Positions 36,484 through 45,505 of a DNA stretch of 64,000 nucleotides are shown here, piece by piece. The stretch lies in contig OZ246416.1 in assembly GCA_965231095.1 (NCBI GenBank), positions 436,380-500,379 on the forward strand, given 5' to 3'. Below the pieces are notes generated by a model. That model saw only the letters and a list, made by a program, of their open reading frames with translations. It did no database searches and had not been told where the DNA came from. The translations under genes were made by a program, and so were the position numbers. The number at the start of each line of letters is the position of its first letter. Position 1 is the stretch's first letter. Source of the DNA: an uncultured Gammaproteobacteria bacterium. Lineage in GTDB: Bacteria; Patescibacteriota; Patescibacteriia; XYB2-FULL-38-15.

Positions 36484-37653
36484 TTGAAAATTAAAAATAT
36501 GACTCTTCCCTACCGCCGCCTCGTTTACATCTCATTTATCGTAATTTTTCTCATCATCACTCCGATTGTGATCTTATACACTACCGGATATCGTTATAAT
36601 TTTCAAACAAACAAAATTCAAAAAACAGGAATTCTTATTTTAAAATCAAACCCGACGGGAGCAAAAATTTATCTGAACGGAAAATTAAGAACGGAAACCA
36701 CTCCGGCCAGAATCGCGAATCTCCTGCCCGACGACTACGACATAAAAATTGAAAAAGAAAATTTCCACCCCTGGCAAAAAAAACTCCCCGTCCAAAGCAG
36801 CCTGACCATCTTCGCGGAAAACATCTCTCTTTTCGAAAAACTTCTGCCCGCCAAAATAGTTGAAACAAACTCTGAATTATTTAGCCTCGCGCCTAATAAA
36901 GAAAAAATTATTTATCTTGACAAAAAAGAAACTGGCGGAGAAGTCTGGCTTCTAAATTTTAGAAATAATAAAAACAATTTAATTTATAGAATTTCCGAAG
37001 ACAAAAATGAGATTGTTAATTTGGAGTGGAGCAACGACAATCAAAAAGTTCTGATTACCGTTAATTTCTCCGGCGCGGCGGAATCTCGTAAATATATTAT
37101 GGTAAACACTGGGAATGGCGAAGTCTCTGTTTACCAAAAGCTCTCTGATTTTTATTTTACTTTCCGGGGCGTTCCCATAAATTCAGCAGATGCCCATCTG
37201 CTCCCGGATCTGGATGTTGCCGCGGGATACTCTGGGGTGGTTGCCATTCTCGACAAGAATACAAAAAAACTTTCCGTGGTTCGACCGCCGGCGATGGATG
37301 TTCTTTTTGAAACGGGAGCTGACCGAATGGTTTGGTCGTCTGACGGAAAAAAACTTCTCTACACCATTGATTTTGAAATTTGGATTTATGATTTTTCCGC
37401 TGAGGAAAAAAAATTTATCAGCCGCTACGGCCAAGAGATAAAAAAAATAGATTGGGTTAACGAAAACTATATTGCCGCGCTTCTGGGCGGAGCTGTAAAA
37501 ATTATGGAACTCGATGAACGCGATCAACGAAACGTTATAGACATTATAACCCCGGAAGAAATTAGTAATTTTTTTATTGATCCCGCCAAACAAAGCATTT
37601 ATTTTTCCGGCGTGATTGGAAACAAAAAAGGAGTTTTTGAACTCCCATATTAA
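36484..37653 (+). CDS. Membrane-anchored PEGA-domain protein with TolB-like beta-propeller
   Basis: 389 aa. N-terminal TM, PEGA-like ILKSNPTGAKIYLNGKLRTETTPARIANLLPDDYDIKIEKENFHP, then WD40-like repeats (MVWSSDGKKLLYT). Confidence 0.45.
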   Translation: MKIKNMTLPYRRLVYISFIVIFLIITPIVILYTTGYRYNFQTNKIQKTGILILKSNPTGAKIYLNGKLRTETTPARIANLLPDDYDIKIEKENFHPWQKKLPVQSSLTIFAENISLFEKLLPAKIVETNSELFSLAPNKEKIIYLDKKETGGEVWLLNFRNNKNNLIYRISEDKNEIVNLEWSNDNQKVLITVNFSGAAESRKYIMVNTGNGEVSVYQKLSDFYFTFRGVPINSADAHLLPDLDVAAGYSGVVAILDKNTKKLSVVRPPAMDVLFETGADRMVWSSDGKKLLYTIDFEIWIYDFSAEEKKFISRYGQEIKKIDWVNENYIAALLGGAVKIMELDERDQRNVIDIITPEEISNFFIDPAKQSIYFSGVIGNKKGVFELPY

Positions 37654-37669
37654 ATTAATAAGTTACCCT

Positions 37670-38740
37670 CTATAACTCCACTGCTGAATTATCTCCGATT
37701 ATCATTTTATGGCCGAGCGGCAAACTGTCGGAACATGAAGCAATGACCGCGTTATGGCCAATCAAGCTGTCAACAATTCTTTTGCCGCATTTTATTTCCG
37801 CGTTATCAAAAATAATCGAATGTTCAATTTCCGTGTTGGTGATTTTAGTGTTATTGCCGATTGAAGTGTAGGGGCCGATATAGCTATCCTGGATCACGCA
37901 ATTTTGCCCAATCACAACCGGACCGCGAATTAGAGATTTTCCTCCGACAAAAGTTCCCTTTTCAATTTTTACTCTTCCTTGAATAACGACTCCCGGGGCC
38001 ACATTGGCCTCATTTTTTGTATCAGACAAATCGTGCAAAATTAATTGGTTTCCCTCAAGCAAATCTTCCGGCTTTCCCGTATCTTTCCACCAACCGGTAA
38101 TTTCTTCATATCCAACATTAAAACCTTTTTCAATTAAATAAGTATTGGCGTCGGAGATTTCATATTCGCCGCGCGGCGAGGGCAAAATATTTTCCACCGC
38201 GTCAAAAATGTGCGGGTCATAAATATAAATTCCCGTCTGGGCAAAATTGCTTTGGGGTTTAGCCGGTTTTTCCTCAACGCGAAGAACTTTTCCGTCTTGT
38301 ATAACCGGCACGCCAAATCTTTCCGGGTCGGAGACGCGGGCAAAAGCTAAAAGGACATTAAGCCGGTCGTTTACAAATTTATCCACGAACCTTTTAATGC
38401 TTCCCAAAATAATATTGTCGCCAAGATAAAAAATAAACGGTTCATTGCCCAAAAAATCTTTGGCATTTTTAACGATATGAGCCAAGCCTTTCGGCCCGCC
38501 GGATTGTTCAATGTAGGAAATTTTTAAACCCCAGCGGCTGCCGTCGCCAAGCGCGGGCTGAATTTCTTTTTCTCCGGGATTGATATTGATGCCAACTTCC
38601 TTCACGCCCGTCTCGGCGATTTTTTCCAACGCGTAAAACAACATCGGTTTGTTAGCAATGGGAATCAGGTGTTTATTGGTTGTATAAGTAATCGGCCGCA
38701 ATCTTGTCGCTCTTCCTCCGGCCGTAATCAAAGCTTTCAT
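37670..38740 (-). CDS. Glucose-1-phosphate thymidylyltransferase-like sugar nucleotidyltransferase, long form with C-terminal left-handed beta-helix
   Basis: MKALITAGGRATRLRPITYTTNKHLIPI... parallels recalled RmlA (GGSGTRLYP..., YLGDNI, ERFGV). The C-terminal ~110 aa is hexapeptide-repeat rich. Confidence 0.7.
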   Translation of the reverse strand: MKALITAGGRATRLRPITYTTNKHLIPIANKPMLFYALEKIAETGVKEVGININPGEKEIQPALGDGSRWGLKISYIEQSGGPKGLAHIVKNAKDFLGNEPFIFYLGDNIILGSIKRFVDKFVNDRLNVLLAFARVSDPERFGVPVIQDGKVLRVEEKPAKPQSNFAQTGIYIYDPHIFDAVENILPSPRGEYEISDANTYLIEKGFNVGYEEITGWWKDTGKPEDLLEGNQLILHDLSDTKNEANVAPGVVIQGRVKIEKGTFVGGKSLIRGPVVIGQNCVIQDSYIGPYTSIGNNTKITNTEIEHSIIFDNAEIKCGKRIVDSLIGHNAVIASCSDSLPLGHKMIIGDNSAVEL

Positions 38741-38763
38741 AAAATATATAAATTACAAATACT

Positions 38764-39603
38764 TTATACTCTCAAATACTCAGCGAGCGCTTCTTCCCAC
38801 TTCCGCATTGGCGGAAGTTTGGTATTTAATAAAACTGAATATTTTGGTCTTTTGGCGGGACGAGGAAATCTTTCCGCGCCTACCGGTATTAACTTAACAC
38901 TTTTCCCGGATAATTCAAATATTTTCTTGGCCCAACCGTACCAAGTGCAAGACCCCTCATTTGTCACATGATAAATTCCAAACGGTTTTTTCCATTCAAT
39001 AATCTCTCTTGTCCGACGCGCTAAATCGCAAGCATAAGTCGGGGAACTTAATTCTTCGTCAACCAATTCCAAACAATCCCTTTCTTCGGCACACTTTAAC
39101 ATCACATCAACAAAACTTTTTTTCGCGCCCTCGCTTACCGCCGCTTTTCCAAACAGCCGCGACGTTCTTATCAAATAATATTTTTCATTTTTAATTTGTT
39201 GCTCACCTATCAATTTAGAATTGGCGTATACGCTCTGCGGATTTGGCGTCGCGTCTTCCTTGTATCCATCAATCTCTTTCCCATCAAAAACATAATCAGT
39301 GCTGTAATGAACTAAAATCGCGCCGACCGCCTCGGCCGCTTCGGATAAATTTCCCACCGCGTAACCATTAATTTCTTCACCCAATTCTTTGTCGCTTTCT
39401 TCAATTTTGTCCACCGCATTATAAGCCGCGGCGTTAATAATAATTTCCGGTTTTAAATCGGAGATTTTTTTATTAACCTCTTCTTTTTTTGTAATATCAA
39501 TCTCTTCTTTATCCCAAGAGCTAACTTCATATCCATTTTCCCCGAATTCCCCTGCCAAAACCTGCCCCAACATTCCCTTTGATCCAATGATTAAAACCTT
39601 CAT
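38764..39603 (-). CDS. rmlD: dTDP-4-dehydrorhamnose reductase RmlD
   Basis: MKVLIIGSKGMLG, NAAAYNAVDK, VHYSTDYVF, SVYANSKL(I)GE all match recalled E. coli RmlD. Confidence 0.8.
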   Translation of the reverse strand: MKVLIIGSKGMLGQVLAGEFGENGYEVSSWDKEEIDITKKEEVNKKISDLKPEIIINAAAYNAVDKIEESDKELGEEINGYAVGNLSEAAEAVGAILVHYSTDYVFDGKEIDGYKEDATPNPQSVYANSKLIGEQQIKNEKYYLIRTSRLFGKAAVSEGAKKSFVDVMLKCAEERDCLELVDEELSSPTYACDLARRTREIIEWKKPFGIYHVTNEGSCTWYGWAKKIFELSGKSVKLIPVGAERFPRPAKRPKYSVLLNTKLPPMRKWEEALAEYLRV

Positions 39604-39683
39604 AAATAGACTAAATTTAAATATTTCTCACTCTATTTACTTTACTAAAATACCCGTTTTTCGTCAATCCTTAGCCCGCAGAT

Positions 39684-39725
39684 AAAAAAACGCCGTCTGG
39701 GTAGCTGCGTGCTGCCAGACGGCGT
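39684..39725 (-). terminator. Rho-independent terminator of GC-rich islet 3 ORF
   Basis: Perfect 11-bp stem ACGCCGTCTGG/CCAGACGGCGT with a 14-nt loop, followed on the minus strand by TTTTTTT. Confidence 0.55.
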
Positions 39726-39763
39726 AAAGTCAATCCTCCTTACTCGGATCAGGCCGCGGCCGA

Positions 39764-40345
39764 TTACCACCACAAAACCTTGGCCAGGGCGGCAAGCGAC
39801 CGACCGTCGGTGGACTGCTTCCGGAACTCGGCCGGGGTCATGAGCTCGGCTTCCGGGATGGCGTTGACCTCCACGGAATAGACCGCGATCATGCCCACGA
39901 TGCGCTGGGGATTGGATTCGATGTAGCCCACAGGCTCGAGTCCCTTCTCGGCCAGTTCGCCTTTGGAGATGCTCGAGGGTTTCAGCTCCAGCATCTCGCC
40001 GTTCAGGCCCTTGGCCTTGCGGACGCGCACCTTGATCTGCCCGTGCTGGTGGTTCCACTCCACGATGACGTGACCCACGACGCGCGAGCTGCCGTCCTCG
40101 GGCTGCGAGAGGTTGGGCTCTTCGTAGAGCACGAGCTGGCCCCAGCCGCCGCGATCCACGTAGCGCCCGTCGAAGAACTTGCCATCGCCCCGACCACTCC
40201 GACCCGTCGCCGGATCGAAGCACCAGAGCTCGGCCTCCTTGCCATCCTCAACCTTCTTCGTGAGGATCGGATCGAGCTCGAGGCAAACGACGACATCTTC
40301 GCCCAAACGCCTTCGCGCCTCTTCCAAAACGATGATCTGTACCAT
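39764..40345 (-). CDS. Hypothetical protein, GC-rich islet 3 (194 aa)
   Basis: ~60% GC. Start trimmed to ATG (MVQIIVLEEARRRLGEDVVV) preceded by AAGGAAGGAAAG. Strong terminator downstream. Sits inside the rml cluster. No family recognised. Confidence 0.45.
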   Translation of the reverse strand: MVQIIVLEEARRRLGEDVVVCLELDPILTKKVEDGKEAELWCFDPATGRSGRGDGKFFDGRYVDRGGWGQLVLYEEPNLSQPEDGSSRVVGHVIVEWNHQHGQIKVRVRKAKGLNGEMLELKPSSISKGELAEKGLEPVGYIESNPQRIVGMIAVYSVEVNAIPEAELMTPAEFRKQSTDGRSLAALAKVLWW

Positions 40346-40470
40346 CTCTTTCTTTCCTTCCTTGAAGCCCCCTTGGCTTCTTGTTGATATTGATAACTTA
40401 AAACAAAAAACGAATAATGTCAAGAACAGCAAAGCGGCCTTTCGGCCGCTTAATTTTTATTTAATAACCC

Positions 40471-40653
40471 CTATTTTTCTTCTTCCCCGCGCAAAAGTTT
40501 ATGCAATTTTCGTAACGCGTGCGTTCTCTGCTCCGGCGTTCCTCTTTGCGCCAATTTTTCCAGTTCGGCAATTCTCCGTTGTTTTTCTGCGAGCGCTTCG
40601 AAAGACTTTTTTTTATCTGCAAATGCTTCAGCCGAACTCATTCCTTCTCTCAT
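40471..40653 (-). CDS. Small basic coiled-coil hypothetical protein
   Basis: 60 aa, KR-rich helical. Palindrome AAGCGGCC-tttc-GGCCGCTT lies downstream. Confidence 0.25.
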   Translation of the reverse strand: MREGMSSAEAFADKKKSFEALAEKQRRIAELEKLAQRGTPEQRTHALRKLHKLLRGEEEK

Positions 40654-40672
40654 ATTTTTATAATTATATTTT

Positions 40673-41089
40673 TTATGATTTTATATAATTTTTACTCACT
40701 TTTTTAAATTCTTCATAATCTTCAATATAGTCGCTCCGGTCTGGATTATAGTTTGTTGACGAAAGCGCGAAGAGCACGGCATCCGGTGAAAAATCTTTAA
40801 AATGATGCCAAACAAAATTCGGGACGTAAAGGGCGCCCGTTGGACCAACAAGCGGAATTTCTTCTAGGCCATTTCCTTTATCAATTACCGCCGTACAAGT
40901 TCCTTGGATTAAAACAAAAAACTCTTCTTCAATTTTGTGGCAATGGGCGCCGGTCGGAGCTTGGGGTTTCGTAATAAAATAAACTCGCTTCACGGGAAAA
41001 TCAATATAATCTTTAAGTTCCACCGGATTCATCACAAATTTCGGCGTTTCTATTTTTTTAAGTTCAAAAACCTTAAATTCTTTTGCCAT
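40673..41089 (-). CDS. Cupin-fold dTDP-sugar isomerase, FdtA/WxcM-like (dTDP-4-keto-6-deoxyglucose 3,4-ketoisomerase-like)
   Basis: 138 aa. VKRVYFITKPQAPTGAHCHK resembles the R.YF...RG.HAHK motif of FdtA-type isomerases. Too short for a typical RmlC (~185 aa). Confidence 0.5.
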   Translation of the reverse strand: MAKEFKVFELKKIETPKFVMNPVELKDYIDFPVKRVYFITKPQAPTGAHCHKIEEEFFVLIQGTCTAVIDKGNGLEEIPLVGPTGALYVPNFVWHHFKDFSPDAVLFALSSTNYNPDRSDYIEDYEEFKKVSKNYIKS

Positions 41090-41090
41090 A

Positions 41091-42104
41091 TTATTTGATA
41101 TGCGGGTTTAACTCTTCTTTTCTCTTTTGTATCTTTTCTACCCATTCTTTATTTGCCAGATACCATTCTACTGTCTCGCGCATACCCTGCTCAAATTTAT
41201 CTCGGCCATATTCCGGCGCCCACCCTAAAGCCATAATCTTTGACGCGTCAATCGCATAACGCCGGTCATGGCCTGGACGGTCAACGACATGCTCAATCAT
41301 TTCTTCTCCCTTACCCATAATTTTTAACATCATCTTTGTAATTTCCATATTGCTCCGTTCGTTATCAACGCCGATATTATAAACCTCTCCCACCGCGCCT
41401 TTGTGGAGTAATAGATCTAACGCCGCGGTGTGATCAGTTACATAAATCCAGTCGCGGACATAAAGCCCGTCGCCGTAAACCGGAACTTTTTGATCGCTAA
41501 GCAAACGAAAAATAAAAAAGGGAATTATTTTTTCCGGAAACTGGTATGGGCCATAATTGTTGGAGCAATGCGTGACGACCACCGGAACTTTGTGCGTCAC
41601 AAAATAAGCGTTGCACATCAGATCTCCGCCGGCTTTAGCCGCGGCATAAGGCATGTTAGGCCAGATCGGAGTTGACTCAATAAATTTTTTATCCTCATCA
41701 AGTCCAAGCGCGCCATAAACCTCGTCAGTTGAAACATTTACAAATTTTTCTAAATTATTTACGCGCACCGCGTCCAAAATCATCTGCACGCCCAAGGTAT
41801 TGGTCATAACAAAATCCTTGCAGCCGCCGTGGATTGAACGGTCAACATGAGTTTCCGCGGCAAAGTTTATCACGTGCGTGATGCCATGATCTTTTATCAC
41901 CTGATTTAATTTTTCCAAATCACAAATATCACCCTGAACAAAAGTGTAGTTCAAATTATTTTCCACATCGCGTAAATTATCTAAATTCCCCGCGTAAGTC
42001 AGCTTATCGTAATTTACGATTTTGTAGTCCGGATATTTTTTTAGCATTTGCCGGACAAAATTTGATCCGATAAATCCGGCCCCTCCACAAACCAATAAAT
42101 TCAT
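41091..42104 (-). CDS. rmlB: dTDP-glucose 4,6-dehydratase RmlB
   Basis: 337 aa. MNLLVCGGAGFIGSNF Rossmann motif, YAAAKAG (YxxxK), and NNYGPYQFPEK. Confidence 0.85.
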   Translation of the reverse strand: MNLLVCGGAGFIGSNFVRQMLKKYPDYKIVNYDKLTYAGNLDNLRDVENNLNYTFVQGDICDLEKLNQVIKDHGITHVINFAAETHVDRSIHGGCKDFVMTNTLGVQMILDAVRVNNLEKFVNVSTDEVYGALGLDEDKKFIESTPIWPNMPYAAAKAGGDLMCNAYFVTHKVPVVVTHCSNNYGPYQFPEKIIPFFIFRLLSDQKVPVYGDGLYVRDWIYVTDHTAALDLLLHKGAVGEVYNIGVDNERSNMEITKMMLKIMGKGEEMIEHVVDRPGHDRRYAIDASKIMALGWAPEYGRDKFEQGMRETVEWYLANKEWVEKIQKRKEELNPHIK

Positions 42105-42114
42105 ATTTTTACTC

Positions 42115-42645
42115 TTAATTTTTAAAATATTTTCTTACCATTGCCCAAGCGGCCATGGTTTCTCCGTCCCAAATTTCATTTGTTTCAATCATCTTATCAA
42201 TTTCTTCCGGCGTTTTATATAAAACTTCAATTTCTTCCGACTCTTCAGGGTGGCTTTCCCCCTTTTTCAAATTTTTTGCCAAAAAAACTCTCACTAATTC
42301 TTTCGAAAAACCTCGCGACGGAGCAAACTCACCAATAAATTTTAAATCTCCCTGATAACCGGTTTCTTCTTCAAGTTCAGTTTGGGCTGCCCTCTCGGGA
42401 GTTTGTCCATCTTTAATACAACCCGAACAAAGTTCTATACAATCTCTATCAAAAAGATAACGATACTGCTTTACTAAAACAATCCGCCCGTCGTCCAAAA
42501 TTGGCACGACCATACTCCCACCAGGATTATCAAAATAATAATAATCCCCTTCCTTACCATTTGGCAACTTAAATTTATCGTGCTTATAAGTCCACCACGG
42601 ATTTTTATGTAAAACTTCTTCGCTTAATTTTTTGTATCTTTTCAT
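42115..42645 (-). CDS. NUDIX hydrolase
   Basis: 176 aa. Nudix box GCIKDGQTPERAAQTELEEETGY. Confidence 0.7.
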   Translation of the reverse strand: MKRYKKLSEEVLHKNPWWTYKHDKFKLPNGKEGDYYYFDNPGGSMVVPILDDGRIVLVKQYRYLFDRDCIELCSGCIKDGQTPERAAQTELEEETGYQGDLKFIGEFAPSRGFSKELVRVFLAKNLKKGESHPEESEEIEVLYKTPEEIDKMIETNEIWDGETMAAWAMVRKYFKN

Positions 42646-43052
42646 ACAATTTCTTTTCTAATTTTTTCTCCGATCTCCGCCATCTCCCCTTCTTTATACG
42701 GCTTTGTTCTTGACCACGGATGCAAGCCGTCGCCTTCAAAACGCGGAATGATATGCCAATGCAAATGCGGCACAACTTGGCCGGCAATCGCGCCGTTATT
42801 TTGTCCAACATTAAAACCCTTGAGGTTAAACGCCTTCGTCATTCCCCAAGCCACCTTTTTGATCGTAATCATTATTTCTTTTAAAATTCCCTCGTCGCCG
42901 TCCAGTAAATTTTCAAAATGTTCTTTCGGAACAACGAGCGTATGGCCGGGATTAACCGGATTAATATCCAAAAATGCCACGGTTTTATCATTTTCATAAA
43001 CTTTAACCGAGGGAAGTTCGCCCTTGATAATTTTACAAAAAATGCAATCCAT
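42642..43052 (-). CDS. HIT-family nucleotide hydrolase
   Basis: 136 aa. GHTLVVPKEHF and the histidine triad VVPHLHWHIIPR. Stop overlaps the NUDIX start (ATGA). Confidence 0.8.
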   Translation of the reverse strand: MDCIFCKIIKGELPSVKVYENDKTVAFLDINPVNPGHTLVVPKEHFENLLDGDEGILKEIMITIKKVAWGMTKAFNLKGFNVGQNNGAIAGQVVPHLHWHIIPRFEGDGLHPWSRTKPYKEGEMAEIGEKIRKEIV

Positions 43053-43056
43053 ATTT

Positions 43057-43257
43057 TTATTCTTTAATTTTTTGTTTCTCCAATAGTATTGTCAGGATAC
43101 CAGAAACTAAAGGAATCATCAAGAGCAAATTAAAACTAATATAAAAACTTACAAAGCCGGGCTGGAACCATTCCAAAAGTCCAAAAATAATAAAAGAAAC
43201 AAAAGAAATCGCAAATGCGTCCCGGAAAATTTTATAGAAAAATTCTTTTATTGTCAT
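43057..43257 (-). CDS. Small membrane protein (2 TM)
   Basis: 66 aa, hydrophobic. Overlaps upstream gene by 4 nt. Confidence 0.25.
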   Translation of the reverse strand: MTIKEFFYKIFRDAFAISFVSFIIFGLLEWFQPGFVSFYISFNLLLMIPLVSGILTILLEKQKIKE

Positions 43258-43847
43258 AAAATTTTGTTTAACCGATCAATTATCTCTTCCAAAACTTTGT
43301 TGGCCACTTCTTTTTCCGTCATCGGCTTCCGAAGGAAAAGCGCCCTAATTTTATAAATCACAATGTCCCCAACTTGCAGCTCCGGCGCGGAAAATCCAAA
43401 TCTGAATTTTTTCCCTTCGGGCGCGAGCTTTCCCAATTCAAAAATTTCCGTTTTTGTCTGAAGGGCTCCTTCGGTCGGCGGCAGTTCACGGAAATCAAAC
43501 GCCCAATCGTCTTTATTTGCGAGGCCGCCGAACTTTATCGGCACGCCGGATAAATTTTTATATTTTATCGTCACAGCTACTTGGGAAAAATTACTATTTG
43601 GACTCAAGTCAAAATAAACCGGCTCGTCTTTAAAAACACGATAAGCTTCCTGGTCGGCGTCTCGTTTAATTTCCGAGACTCTATCCTTGGGATAAAGCTT
43701 GGAAATAAACGGCGTCTCGCGAGCCATGTCGTAAGTTGCCTCCATTCTTCCGCCCGGCGTAATCGCTTTCGCGGTAAGCCAGCCCAAAATAATAATGGGA
43801 ATAAAAATTAAAATTACGCGGATAAATTTATGCCAAAAAGAAAGCAT
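43254..43847 (-). CDS. Hypothetical protein with N-terminal signal anchor
   Basis: 197 aa. Single N-terminal TM, then a soluble domain. Confidence 0.35.
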   Translation of the reverse strand: MLSFWHKFIRVILIFIPIIILGWLTAKAITPGGRMEATYDMARETPFISKLYPKDRVSEIKRDADQEAYRVFKDEPVYFDLSPNSNFSQVAVTIKYKNLSGVPIKFGGLANKDDWAFDFRELPPTEGALQTKTEIFELGKLAPEGKKFRFGFSAPELQVGDIVIYKIRALFLRKPMTEKEVANKVLEEIIDRLNKIL

Positions 43848-43864
43848 ACTTAAAAACTCATTTC

Positions 43865-45496
43865 TTAATTCTCATTTTTCAATTCTAACTTATAAAGCGT
43901 CTCTGCTCCAAAATTCTTTACTTCGGTTATCTCAATCTCTTCGCGATTGATTCTGCCATCATAAAGATAATTCATTTCTCGCTCAACGAGCGGTAATCCA
44001 TAATAATAAAGCGGAAAAGTTTTCGCGAGTTCGGGAATCGCGGTATAAGTGCTCTCTTCGCGAAGCGGCACAATCACCCGATGATCCGGAAAAAATATTT
44101 TGTCGGCGCGGTCAACAATAATTATCGCTTCGGCAGGAATCATCTCGTTCACCGTTTTGGCAATCGCGGCGTAATCCCAAACATTTTTATAAATATAAGC
44201 TAACCCGTCATTTTTATCAAAAAATACAAGATTCACTCCAAAAAGAATAAATATCAAACAAAGTACGCCGGCAAAAAGTTTTTCTTTCCAAGGGCGAATA
44301 AAATCAATTAATTTCGCGAGAGTAAACGCGACAAGCGGCAGCGACAAAATATAAATCGGCAACCAATAGCGCGTGTAAGAAGTTCCGATTGACGCAACCT
44401 TCGCCGGATTGTCATAAAAAACCCAGCTGCCGTAATACAAAAATAAAAATAAAGAAATAAATCCGCCAAGAGACAGATAAGATATAATTTTTTTATCTAA
44501 CTTTCCGGCGATTAATCTTCTGATAAAAACTACCGCGCCAAAAGCTGCGGGAAGGGCAAACCACCAAAACATTCCCGCAAAATACGTGGAGAAATTTTTC
44601 AAAATATTTTTAATCTGGAGACCAAAAGGAAAAATAAATTTTACGGCCGGCGTAAACCACCCCACTCCGGAAACCGCCGTGCTCCCCTCTCCTAAATTAT
44701 AAGCTGTTGTGAGCGGCTCGCCATAGATTGTCTGATTGTAAAAAATAACTGGAATGAAAGCCAGCCCCGCGGGAAGTAAAAAGACAATCACTTCAAGCCA
44801 TTTTAAATTTTTTCTATAAATTAAAAATAATAAAAAGAGCGCCGCGCCGACCCAAATTATTTCTGACAGCCGAACAGTTAAGGCTAAACCAAAAAATAAA
44901 CCAGCAAAAATATAATCGAGATAATTTAAAACCGGATTCTTTGGTTTTCCGCGCCCAACCAAAAAATAAAATCCCGCGAGTATCAGTGAGATAAATAAAA
45001 TATTCGGGAAAAATCCGCGGCTCGCGTAATACCAAAAAGCCGGATGAACTAAGAGTAAAAAAGCTGACCAAAGAGCGATTCTCCGATCAAAAATATTTTT
45101 TACAATTTTGTAAAGAAAAAAAACAGCGGCAATGGCAAAAAAGGGGGTAAGCCACCAAACTATTCCCAGGGTAAAAATTTTTGCCAACCACCCATAAATT
45201 AAAATCAATCCCAAAAAACTTCCCGGGATAAGATTTCCGCCCGAGGTCGTGATGCTCCGCGGATGAACTATTCCGCCAGTCGTAAGATTCAACGGTTCAA
45301 AAACTTTAAGCGTTCCCTCCACAACGTAATTTTTTATAAAAAAATAATTGGCCGCCTCATCTGGCGAATTAAATTTCGCTGTCGCGGCCGCTGTTCCCAA
45401 ATAAAACCATGAATAAATAAAGAAAAAAACGAGCGCTAAAAAAATCAACGCGGTTTCCGCCCTATTTCCCTTTATCCATTTTATGATAGAATACAT
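43865..45496 (-). CDS. Polytopic GT-C-fold membrane glycosyltransferase (ArnT/PMT/GT39-83-like)
   Basis: 543 aa, ~12 TM, with Arg/Asp-containing loops near the N-terminus. Architecture typical of polyprenyl-phosphate-sugar-dependent GT-C enzymes. Inference from topology only. Confidence 0.4.
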   Translation of the reverse strand: MYSIIKWIKGNRAETALIFLALVFFFIYSWFYLGTAAATAKFNSPDEAANYFFIKNYVVEGTLKVFEPLNLTTGGIVHPRSITTSGGNLIPGSFLGLILIYGWLAKIFTLGIVWWLTPFFAIAAVFFLYKIVKNIFDRRIALWSAFLLLVHPAFWYYASRGFFPNILFISLILAGFYFLVGRGKPKNPVLNYLDYIFAGLFFGLALTVRLSEIIWVGAALFLLFLIYRKNLKWLEVIVFLLPAGLAFIPVIFYNQTIYGEPLTTAYNLGEGSTAVSGVGWFTPAVKFIFPFGLQIKNILKNFSTYFAGMFWWFALPAAFGAVVFIRRLIAGKLDKKIISYLSLGGFISLFLFLYYGSWVFYDNPAKVASIGTSYTRYWLPIYILSLPLVAFTLAKLIDFIRPWKEKLFAGVLCLIFILFGVNLVFFDKNDGLAYIYKNVWDYAAIAKTVNEMIPAEAIIIVDRADKIFFPDHRVIVPLREESTYTAIPELAKTFPLYYYGLPLVEREMNYLYDGRINREEIEITEVKNFGAETLYKLELKNEN

Positions 45497-45505
45497 AAAT
45501 CAATT

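Noticed and set aside
39645-40296. Arg-rich alternative-frame ORFs (192 aa and 97 aa) inside islet 3.
   Set aside because: Extreme R/G/A composition typical of an off-frame GC-rich sequence. The 39764-40345 frame has a Shine-Dalgarno sequence and a terminator.
40424-40443. Palindrome AAGCGGCC-tttc-GGCCGCTT as a defined terminator.
   Set aside because: A hairpin is present, but the U-run is interrupted on the relevant (minus) strand. It may function but was not annotated as a confident feature.
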